A stretch of DNA of 64,000 bases from an uncultured Actinomycetota bacterium (GTDB taxonomy: Bacteria; Actinomycetota; Actinomycetes; Actinomycetales; Dermatophilaceae): positions 38,052-102,051 of the forward strand of contig CAVOGG010000006.1 in the NCBI GenBank assembly GCA_963695175.1, given 5' to 3'. The position numbers and the translations under genes were made by a program. Of the stretch, positions 29,125 to 36,707 are shown piece by piece; within the stretch, counting starts at the first letter, position 1; each line of letters opens with the position of its first letter. The notes below the pieces were generated by a model. The model was not told the origin of the DNA. It searched no databases and worked only from the letters and a program-made list of their open reading frames with translations.

Positions 29125-30185
29125 TTCGGCAGGGTGATCGTCACGCGGCGGTTGAGGGCTCGCCCCTGCGCGGAGCCGTTGTCGGCGATGGGGTCGGTCT
29201 CACCCTTGCCGACCGCGGTGACCCGGATGCCCCGGGGGATCTTCGGGGCCAGGGCTGTGGCCACCGCCGCCGCACGCCGCTTGGACAGGTCGAGGTTGTA
29301 GGCGTCGGGGGCGTTGCTGTCGGTGTGGCCGGTGACGGTGATCGCCCCGCTGCTGCCCGCGGCGGTGATCTGCTTCGCGGCCTCGGTGATCACGGCGTTG
29401 GCGGCCTTGGTCAGGGTCGCCTTGTCGGTGGCGAAGAGCACCGAGGCGTCCAGGTCGAGCTCGGCGCTGCCCTTGCGCTTGGCCTGCGTCACCTTCTTCC
29501 GGACGTCCTGCACCTGGCTGCGCAGGGCGAAGACGGCCCCCTCGGGATCCACGACCTCGGCCAGCCGGGCGGTGTCGACCCGTGGCCACCCGGTGCCGAC
29601 GGCCGGTGCGGCCTCGTCGACCACCGGCTCGAGCGGGCCGTCCTGCACGGGCACGCCCTGGACGATCTGCGAGCCGACGAGCACGTCGACAGCGGTGACA
29701 CCCGCCGGCACCGGGGCCAGCGCCACCCACCCCACGGTCGCGCGGCCCAGGGCGTCCTCGGGCGCGCGCAGGTCGAGGTTCTTCGTCGAGAGGCAGCGCC
29801 CCACCGCGTCCGTGCGCAGCGCGCTGTAGGCGGTTCCGCTCGCCACGTCGATGGCGGCCGCCGTGCAGGCCAGCCCGGTCGCGCCGTTCTGGTTGAGTGC
29901 GAACCAGTTCCCGTTGCCGTAGCTGTCGAAGAACGCGGCACCCCCGGTCTGGTCCTGCGCGCGCAGGCCGAGCGAGTAGTACAGGGCAGTGGCCCCGTCG
30001 ATGCGGCGCACCCCGTGCACCGTCAGGACGGCGAGCCGGGGGTCGCTGGCGTTGCCCATCCACGCCTGGCCGAGGACCGGCACCTCGGGGACGGTGGGCA
30101 GCGGGGGGCTCGTCGCGGCCCGGGCCGGCACCGCGGCACAGGCCAGTGCGGCGGCCGTGACGAGCACGGTCGCAAGGGTCTTCAT
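29121..30185 (-). CDS. Secreted protein with C-terminal OmpA-like peptidoglycan-binding domain
   Basis: Signal peptide; VLFATDKATL, GHTDS, YNLDLSKRRA, NRRVTI OmpA_C motifs. Confidence 0.9.
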   Translation of the reverse strand: MKTLATVLVTAAALACAAVPARAATSPPLPTVPEVPVLGQAWMGNASDPRLAVLTVHGVRRIDGATALYYSLGLRAQDQTGGAAFFDSYGNGNWFALNQNGATGLACTAAAIDVASGTAYSALRTDAVGRCLSTKNLDLRAPEDALGRATVGWVALAPVPAGVTAVDVLVGSQIVQGVPVQDGPLEPVVDEAAPAVGTGWPRVDTARLAEVVDPEGAVFALRSQVQDVRKKVTQAKRKGSAELDLDASVLFATDKATLTKAANAVITEAAKQITAAGSSGAITVTGHTDSNAPDAYNLDLSKRRAAAVATALAPKIPRGIRVTAVGKGETDPIADNGSAQGRALNRRVTITLPK

Positions 30186-30274
30186 CGCGGTGGTCCCCCC
30201 TCGATGGCAAACAGGTCCGCCGTGACCCTACCTACCTGAACCCGGATCTTGGGCCCAAGGGGCCGACGAGACGA

Positions 30275-30832
30275 CTACTCGTGGGTGACGGGCACCGTGA
30301 CGTCGCGGAACCACGGAGAGCTGAGGGTGACCGACGCAGCGTCTGCGGGCAGCGGCGGGTAGAGGGCCCCCTGCGGGTTCGGCTCAGCACGCATCGCCCG
30401 CATGTCGACGCACGCGCACTCGACCTCGCCGGTGGTCGCCTCGTAGGTGAGCACCGAGTACGACCGGGACTTCGTCGACAGGACCGGGAAGTTGCGCCAC
30501 CCCCGGACGTCGAAGTCCGAGCCCGCCGACAGGGTCCGGGGATGGGCGGCCGACCACACGACGAGCGTCGACCGCTTGCTGGTGCGCACCTCGAGGATGG
30601 TGAAGGTCGCCCCGGAGTACGACGAGTCGTCGCGCGCGGGGGTGGTGGCCAGCGGTCGGAGTTCCTCGAGGTCGAGGAAGTCCGCTGTCGGCCCGACGTC
30701 CGACGGGGTGGGGCTCTTCGCGATCGTCAACCTCGGGCTGGGAGCGGGCGAGCCCGGGTCGGCCGTGCAGCCGGCGGCGAAGAGGGCGACGCTGAGGACG
30801 GCCGCGACCCAGCCGGCACGACGAGTGCTCAC
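30275..30832 (-). CDS. Lipoprotein (paralog of 28510-29124)
   Basis: GTG 30832 overlapping the upstream stop; FAAGC lipobox; SSYSGATF, STLVVW, FPVL, ALYPPLPA, TLSSPWFRDVTVPVT. Confidence 0.8.
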   Translation of the reverse strand: MSTRRAGWVAAVLSVALFAAGCTADPGSPAPSPRLTIAKSPTPSDVGPTADFLDLEELRPLATTPARDDSSYSGATFTILEVRTSKRSTLVVWSAAHPRTLSAGSDFDVRGWRNFPVLSTKSRSYSVLTYEATTGEVECACVDMRAMRAEPNPQGALYPPLPADAASVTLSSPWFRDVTVPVTHE

Positions 30833-31638
30833 GGTGTCGCGCTCGCGGTCGGCGAGGGGGTGGCGGACGGCGCGGTGGAGGCCGACGGTGCCGGGGACGG
30901 TCCGGGCGAAGGCCGGCTCGCGGGTCGCTTCGCCACGTGCAGCTGGAGCGTCTTGATGGCACCGTCGGGGCGCGCGCCGCCGATGGCGACCGTGTCGACC
31001 CGTGGCCACCCGGTGCCCACGACGGGGGCCGGGGTGTCGGCGGTCGGCTCGAGCGCGCCGGCGCCCACCGGCACACCCGGGATGAAGGCGCTGCCGATGA
31101 GCACGTCGACGGTGCGCACCGTGGCGGGCACCGGTGCCAGGGCGATCCACTGCATGACCGCCCGGCCCGAGAGCCGCACCCGGTCGGTCTCGGCCACCGG
31201 GGGAGGCGCGGCGACGGCGCGGCCGGTCGCGGTGCGCAGCGCGCCGTAGGACCGCTTCCCCGGCACGTCGACCAGGGCCGCGGTGTCCATGAACGTCGCC
31301 CCCGCGGAGGCCTGCAGGGTGCCGAAGGTGTCCGGACCCGAGCCGTAGGCGGTCACCGGGAGCACCTCGGGGTCGGGGGCCTCCCCGGCGAAGCCGACGG
31401 AGTAGTAGAGGATCGTCGCGCCCTCGATGCGGCGCACCGCGTGCACCGTGACCACCATCGAGGGGGGCCGCTCCTCGCCCTGGCCGAGGCCGCCGACGAC
31501 GGCCTGACCCAGCACGGGCAGACCGGTGCCGACGGGGACGTCGCGCGAGATCGCGTCAGCGGGCGAGGCCATGGCGAGCAGTGCCGCCAGGGTGGTCGCC
31601 GCACACCCCGCGAGCATCCCCCGCCGTCCCCCGCCCAC
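30829..31638 (-). CDS. Secreted paralog of the N-terminal domain of the OmpA protein, lacking the OmpA domain
   Basis: Shares PVLGQA, TVHxVRRIxGATxLYYS, ALAPVPA, VDVLxGS, GTGWPRVDT with 29121-30185; ends in a Pro/Ser/Thr tail. Confidence 0.8.
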   Translation of the reverse strand: MGGGRRGMLAGCAATTLAALLAMASPADAISRDVPVGTGLPVLGQAVVGGLGQGEERPPSMVVTVHAVRRIEGATILYYSVGFAGEAPDPEVLPVTAYGSGPDTFGTLQASAGATFMDTAALVDVPGKRSYGALRTATGRAVAAPPPVAETDRVRLSGRAVMQWIALAPVPATVRTVDVLIGSAFIPGVPVGAGALEPTADTPAPVVGTGWPRVDTVAIGGARPDGAIKTLQLHVAKRPASRPSPGPSPAPSASTAPSATPSPTASATP

Positions 31639-31722
31639 GGGCCCGACAGTACCTCGCGGCGTGACAGGATCGGGCCCGGAGTCGCGGGGCCCGGGGGCCG
31701 TGACCGGAGGAGGGGACGCTCG

Positions 31723-32118
31723 GTGCGCACGGTGGGGTGGGTGATCGCGGGTCTGTGTGGCGCCGGCTTGGGCGCCGGCCTGCTCGGCATCCTCGGCCTC
31801 GCGGTGGGGGCCTCGACGACGAGTGTTCCCGCGTCGGTGGCGGGGCGCACGGCCCTCACCCTCGTGGCACTCGCCCTCGTTGCACTGCTCGTGAGCCGTC
31901 GTGGCCCGTGGTGGTGGTGGGCACCGCCCGTCGCCGTGCTGACCGCCGCCATGGCGCTGGACCCGCTGACCTGGACGGCATCCGCCCGCGCCGGCGGGCC
32001 GCTGTTCGGGGTGTGGGCCACCGGCTCGGCGCCGCTCGGCCTGGCCCTCGACCTGCTCGTCTGGCTCCTGGTCGCCCTCGGTGCGGTGTCCCTCGGCCTG
32101 CGCACCCGCGAGGACTGA
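31723..32118 (+). CDS. Small multi-TM hypothetical membrane protein
   Basis: GTG 31723 with GGAGGAGG RBS; about four hydrophobic segments. Confidence 0.65.
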   Translation: MRTVGWVIAGLCGAGLGAGLLGILGLAVGASTTSVPASVAGRTALTLVALALVALLVSRRGPWWWWAPPVAVLTAAMALDPLTWTASARAGGPLFGVWATGSAPLGLALDLLVWLLVALGAVSLGLRTRED

Positions 32119-32133
32119 GCGGACCCGCCCCGG

Positions 32134-32189
32134 TTGGGCCCGGGTGGGCCTGCAGGCCCTGTGGTGCCCGGCGACCGCCGCCCTAGCGT
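32134..32189 (+). promoter_or_regulatory. Putative regulated promoter (copy 2 of shared motif)
   Basis: TTGGGCCC-N3-TGGGCCTGC-N3-CCCTGTG-N20-TAGCGT, 38 nt upstream of ATG 32228. Confidence 0.6.
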
Positions 32190-32227
32190 GACGGCATCAC
32201 GAGTCGAGGGCACCGGGGGGCGTGGCG

Positions 32228-33718
32228 ATGGACCAGCGAGGCGCGCACGGTGTGACCGCGCGGCGACGCGAGCGCGGTGCCACGGCGGCGGAGTACGTCG
32301 GCATCATCCTGCTCGTCGGCGTGGTGGTCGCGGCGCTGGCCCTGGTCGTCAGCTCCTCCTCCGTCACCCCGCAGATCCAGCGCGCGTGGTGCCTCATCAC
32401 CGGTGCCGCCGGGGCGTCGTGCGGCGACGGCTCGACGCAGGCCGGAGACGAGGACGGCCTGACCGACGAGGACTTCGAGCCGGACAAGTGCCGCATCTCC
32501 GAGACCGGCGACAAGTACAGCTCGGTCATCAAGATCGGCTTCATCAAGATCGGCGAGAACGCCGGCTTCGTCGTCACCGAGTACAGCGACGGCACCGTGA
32601 CGATGATGGCGACCAACGGCTCCGAGCTCGGCGTCACCGGTGGCTTCGGGGCCGACGCCGCGTGGGGGCAGCTCGAGGCCGGGGCGAAGGTCGACTTCGG
32701 GGCGGGGCTGAAGTTCGACTACGGCAGCACGTGGTCCTTCGAGTCCAAGGACCAGGCCGACAGCTTCCGCCAGCAGCTCGACGACTACCTCTTCGACCAG
32801 TGGTCGATGACCCACCCGGTGTGCGGCATGGGGGTCTGCATGCCGCGGCCCATCAAGGGCGTCGAGCCCCCGCCCGTGCCGTCGACGACCTTTGGGGGCA
32901 TCGCCGTCACCGGTGAGGTGAACGCCCAGCTCGGCATCTCGGCGACCACGGGGACCGCCCCGCTGACCCAGGCGCAGATGACCGAGCAGAACGTGTCGGG
33001 GGTGCTGACCGCCGACTCGAAGTGGACGCTCACGAACGACAACAAGGGCACGCCGGACGACGCGCGCGACGACACCCGCACCTACGTCACGGCGATGACG
33101 CTGAACCCCAAGCTGACCGCCCAGATCGGGTTGGCGACCGGCGGTTTCGGGTCGATGGTGGGGATGTCCCTGTCGATCACGAAGGACGCCGACGGCAAGA
33201 TCACCCAGGTCAAGATCGTCTCCACGAGCGAGGTCACCGACAGCAGCGGCGGCAAGGGCGGCGGCACGGTGACCAACGGCTCGGGTGACACCAAGACCAG
33301 TGGCGGCGGCAGCATCAGCGGGGGAACGACGAACGGCGACGTGGTCGTCACCGAGAACGTCCTCGACCTCGACCCGGCCGACGCGGCGACCCAGCAGGTC
33401 GTCACCGACTGGCTCGGCGGCACCGGGAACTACGAGTGGCCGGGGCTGGTCTCGCTCAACGCGGTCGACCCGTCCGTCGCCGACCCCTCCGACCCGTTCG
33501 CCATGCTCATGCACACCGAGGCGACGAGCAGCAGCGTGGCCTACGACAAGGTCACCGACGTGCAGGGCTTCGCGCTCAACGTCAAGTTCGGCCTGGCGTT
33601 CGGGGCCGACTTCACGATGGAGAGCTCGGAGACGACCGCCACCGAGGCGGCCTACCTCGGGGCTCCGAAGCCCGACGGCACGCGACCCGTGGTGCCCTAC
33701 GAGGCGTGCGTAAAGTGA
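32228..33718 (+). CDS. Flp/Tad prepilin-like N-terminus fused to a large beta-rich extracellular domain (paralog B)
   Basis: RERG|ATAAEY cleavage motif, hydrophobic helix, WCLITGAAGASC Cys pair, Ser/Thr/Gly-rich strands, terminal Cys. Confidence 0.85.
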   Translation: MDQRGAHGVTARRRERGATAAEYVGIILLVGVVVAALALVVSSSSVTPQIQRAWCLITGAAGASCGDGSTQAGDEDGLTDEDFEPDKCRISETGDKYSSVIKIGFIKIGENAGFVVTEYSDGTVTMMATNGSELGVTGGFGADAAWGQLEAGAKVDFGAGLKFDYGSTWSFESKDQADSFRQQLDDYLFDQWSMTHPVCGMGVCMPRPIKGVEPPPVPSTTFGGIAVTGEVNAQLGISATTGTAPLTQAQMTEQNVSGVLTADSKWTLTNDNKGTPDDARDDTRTYVTAMTLNPKLTAQIGLATGGFGSMVGMSLSITKDADGKITQVKIVSTSEVTDSSGGKGGGTVTNGSGDTKTSGGGSISGGTTNGDVVVTENVLDLDPADAATQQVVTDWLGGTGNYEWPGLVSLNAVDPSVADPSDPFAMLMHTEATSSSVAYDKVTDVQGFALNVKFGLAFGADFTMESSETTATEAAYLGAPKPDGTRPVVPYEACVK

Positions 33719-33741
33719 CGGCCCGACGAGGGAGGACATCG

Positions 33742-34257
33742 ATGGTGCTGCGACGCACGGTGCTGCTCGCGATCGTGGGCGCGAGCGCGCTGGTCGCCGG
33801 TGGCTGCTCGGAGAGCGACGACGGATGGAGCACGGCCGAGGTGGGGCACCTGAGCGTCCAGCACCCCGCCGACTGGACGGAGGAGCCCCCGACCGGCGAC
33901 CTCTTCACCAAGCGCTGGGTCGGCGACGACATGGAGATCCAGGTCTCCGGCAGCTTCAGCGAGGACCCCACCGCGTCGGCGGCCTTCAGCCGGCTGGACC
34001 TCCCGGCGACCGTCGGGCTGGCCGACTACGAGGGCGGTGCCGTGCAGAACGCCACCGTCGAGGGAGCCGACACCGCCGTGCGCAGCGACTTCACCTTCAC
34101 CCAGGACGGCGCGCCTCGCCGTGGGGTCTGGGTCGTCGCCGGGCAGTACCCGTACCCGAGCACCGCCGCCGTGACGATCACCGGCGAGAACCTCGACGAG
34201 CAGGTCGTGCAGCACGTCGTCGAGAGCCTGCGGTTCACCAGGACCCGGGGGGAGTGA
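33742..34257 (+). CDS. Lipoprotein, possibly PsbP/LpqN-like
   Basis: GGAGG RBS, AGGC lipobox, LSVQHPADW motif. Confidence 0.8.
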   Translation: MVLRRTVLLAIVGASALVAGGCSESDDGWSTAEVGHLSVQHPADWTEEPPTGDLFTKRWVGDDMEIQVSGSFSEDPTASAAFSRLDLPATVGLADYEGGAVQNATVEGADTAVRSDFTFTQDGAPRRGVWVVAGQYPYPSTAAVTITGENLDEQVVQHVVESLRFTRTRGE

Positions 34258-34631
34258 GCACCGTGCGCGCCCGCTCGCTGCTCGCTGCCCTGCTGACCGC
34301 GGTCGTCGTCGCCCTGCTGCTCCAGCGGGCCGTCCTGGTGCTGCCGCTGCTCGCCACCCTCGTCGGCGCGGCGCTCGGCGCCGTCGTCCTCGTGGCGCTG
34401 GAGCGGCGCCGCGACGGCGAGGTCGTCATCGGTGGGGCGGCCGTCGGCGTGGTCACCGTGCTCGCCTCGATGCTCGGCCTTGCCGTCCTGGGCATGCCCG
34501 TGCTCTCCGCGGTCTACCTCGCGGGGTGGGTCGTCACCTTCCTGCTCGCCGCAGGGGCCGGCGCCGGCATCGTCTGGCTCGGCGGACGGGTCGCGGAGCA
34601 CGGGTCCGGCAGCCCGAGAACGCTGCGCTGA
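34254..34631 (+). CDS. Small multi-TM hypothetical membrane protein
   Basis: GTGA overlap with the lipoprotein stop; about four hydrophobic helices. Confidence 0.7.
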   Translation: MSTVRARSLLAALLTAVVVALLLQRAVLVLPLLATLVGAALGAVVLVALERRRDGEVVIGGAAVGVVTVLASMLGLAVLGMPVLSAVYLAGWVVTFLLAAGAGAGIVWLGGRVAEHGSGSPRTLR

Positions 34632-34659
34632 CGCCCGACGCGGGTCGAGACCGGAACGC

Positions 34660-34703
34660 GAGCGGGCGGCATCCGGACCCGAGGGTCTGGATGCCGCCCG
34701 CTC
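34660..34703. terminator. Stem-loop between convergent genes (probable bidirectional terminator)
   Basis: GAGCGGGCGGCATCCGGACC-CGAG-GGTCTGGATGCCGCCCGCTC, 20-bp stem with one G-U pair. Confidence 0.75.
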
Positions 34704-34725
34704 ACGGTGAGGGGTCAGAGCGCGG

Positions 34726-35817
34726 TCAGCGCTCCTCCTCCCCGCGGATGAAGGCCTCGAGCTTGGCGCGACCGAGGTCGTCGGGGCGCTGCTCCGGCGG
34801 GGACTTCATCAGGTAGGACGACGCCGACAGCAGGGCGCCGCCGATGCCGCGGTCCTTGGCGATCTTCGCCGCACGGATGGCGTCGATGATGATGCCGGCC
34901 GAGTTGGGGCTGTCCCAGACCTCGAGCTTGTACTCGAGGTTGAGCGGCACGTCACCGAAGGCGCGACCCTCGAGGCGCACGTAGGCCCACTTGCGGTCGT
35001 CGAGCCACGCGACGTAGTCCGACGGGCCGATGTGCACGTTGCGGTCGTCGGTCTTGCCGGCGAGCGAGCCGGTGAGGTTCGAGGTGACCGACTGGGTCTT
35101 GGAGATCTTCTTGGACTCCAGGCGCTCGCGCTCGAGCATGTTCTTGAAGTCCATGTTGCCGCCGACGTTGAGCTGGTAGGTGCGGTCGAGCTGCACGCCG
35201 CGGTCCTCGAACAGCTTGGCCATGACGCGGTGCGTGATGGTGGCGCCGACCTGGCTCTTGATGTCGTCACCGATGACCGGCACGCCGGCCGCCTCGAACT
35301 TCGCCGCCCACTCGGGGTCGGACGCGATGAAGACCGGCAGCGCGTTGACGAAGGCCACGCCCGCGTCGATGGCGCACTGGGCGTAGAACTTGTCGGCGTT
35401 CTCCGAGCCCACCGGCAGGTAGGAGACGAGCACGTCGACCTTCGCCTCGCGCAGGGCGGCGACGACGTCGACCGGCTCGGCGCCGGACTCGTCGATGGTC
35501 TGGCGGTAGTACTTGCCCAGGCCGTCGAGGGTGTGGCCGCGCTGCACGGTGATACCCGTGGTGGGCACGTCGGCGATCTTGATCGTGTTGTTCTCGGAGG
35601 CCCCGATGGCCTCGGCGAGGTCCTTGCCGACCTTCTTGTCGTCGACGTCGAACGCGGCGACGAACTCGACGTCGCGCACGTGGTAGTCGCCGAACATGAC
35701 GTGCATCAGGCCGGGGACGGTCTGGGACGGGTCGGCGTCCCGGTAGTAGTGCACGCCCTGGACGAGGGACGACGCACAGTTGCCGACGCCGACGACGGCG
35801 ACGCGAATGGAACCCAT
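34726..35817 (-). CDS. ino1: myo-inositol-1-phosphate synthase
   Basis: [50 protein letters not shown]. Confidence 0.97.
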   Translation of the reverse strand: MGSIRVAVVGVGNCASSLVQGVHYYRDADPSQTVPGLMHVMFGDYHVRDVEFVAAFDVDDKKVGKDLAEAIGASENNTIKIADVPTTGITVQRGHTLDGLGKYYRQTIDESGAEPVDVVAALREAKVDVLVSYLPVGSENADKFYAQCAIDAGVAFVNALPVFIASDPEWAAKFEAAGVPVIGDDIKSQVGATITHRVMAKLFEDRGVQLDRTYQLNVGGNMDFKNMLERERLESKKISKTQSVTSNLTGSLAGKTDDRNVHIGPSDYVAWLDDRKWAYVRLEGRAFGDVPLNLEYKLEVWDSPNSAGIIIDAIRAAKIAKDRGIGGALLSASSYLMKSPPEQRPDDLGRAKLEAFIRGEEER

Positions 35818-35909
35818 GTGCTTCTCCTGGGAGGTCGGTGGTTTCTTCGTGGATGTGGACGGGGTGGAACGTGCGGATGCCGGGTGCGCCGGGGAGCGCG
35901 ACCGGCAAC

Positions 35910-36476
35910 CTACGGCTGGGGGCCGGGGTCGGTGGGGTGGCGCCGCTCGGCGTCGATGAGCTCGCTGAGCCAGCGCACCTCGCGCTCGGTGGTCTCCTCG
36001 CCGTGGCGCTGGAGGGCCGAGGTGTAGGCGTCGATGCGCTCACGGCCGCGGGCGGTGGCCTCGCGGACCCGCTCGAGGTCCTCCTGCACGCGCGAGCGCC
36101 GCCCCTCGAGGATGCGCAGGCGCACGTCCTGCTCGGTGCGGGCGAAGAAGGCGAACCGCACGTCGAAGCCGTCGTCGTCCCAGGCCGAGGCGTCGGTGCG
36201 GGCGACGAGGTCGGCGAAGTGCTCCTTGCCGGCGGCGGTCAGCTCGTAGACGACGCGGGGGCGCTTGCTGCCGGGCGCGACCGGGTCGGAGGTCTGCGCG
36301 ATCAGGCCGCGGTCGAGCAGGCCCTTCAGCGCGGGGTAGAGGGTGCCGTAGGACAGGGCGCGAAAGGGGCCGAGCGCGGTGTTGAGCCGGCGGCGCAGGT
36401 CGTAGCCGTGGGTCGGACCCTCGTGCAGCAGGCCGAGGACGGCGAACTCCAGCAGGCGAGCGCGACGTGTGACCAA
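35910..36476 (-). CDS. PadR-family transcriptional regulator
   Basis: [28 protein letters not shown]; probable TTG start at 36476 with GGAGGT RBS; conserved upstream of ino1. Confidence 0.92.
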   Translation of the reverse strand: MVTRRARLLEFAVLGLLHEGPTHGYDLRRRLNTALGPFRALSYGTLYPALKGLLDRGLIAQTSDPVAPGSKRPRVVYELTAAGKEHFADLVARTDASAWDDDGFDVRFAFFARTEQDVRLRILEGRRSRVQEDLERVREATARGRERIDAYTSALQRHGEETTEREVRWLSELIDAERRHPTDPGPQP

Positions 36477-36542
36477 GGCGACCTCCTGCGTGGGAACGGA
36501 CCTGACATACATGGCGTTTGTCAGGACGGCGACGCTAACACA

Positions 36543-36563
36543 GATATATCGATGCGATACATC
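36543..36563. promoter_or_regulatory. AT-rich inverted repeat, candidate PadR operator
   Basis: GATATATCG-ATG-CGATACATC (one mismatch) in the divergent padR/ponA intergenic region. Confidence 0.55.
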
Positions 36564-36707
36564 GCGGATGCCGTCGGGACGGCTGCTCCCGGAGCACGGG
36601 ATTCAGGTTTCTCCAAGAAATCGCGCCATACTGGCCGCTGGGTTCGTGCGCTCTCGCGCCGTTTCCACCCCCGAACCCACCTCTGACCCCTGTCCACGGA
36701 AAGCAGC

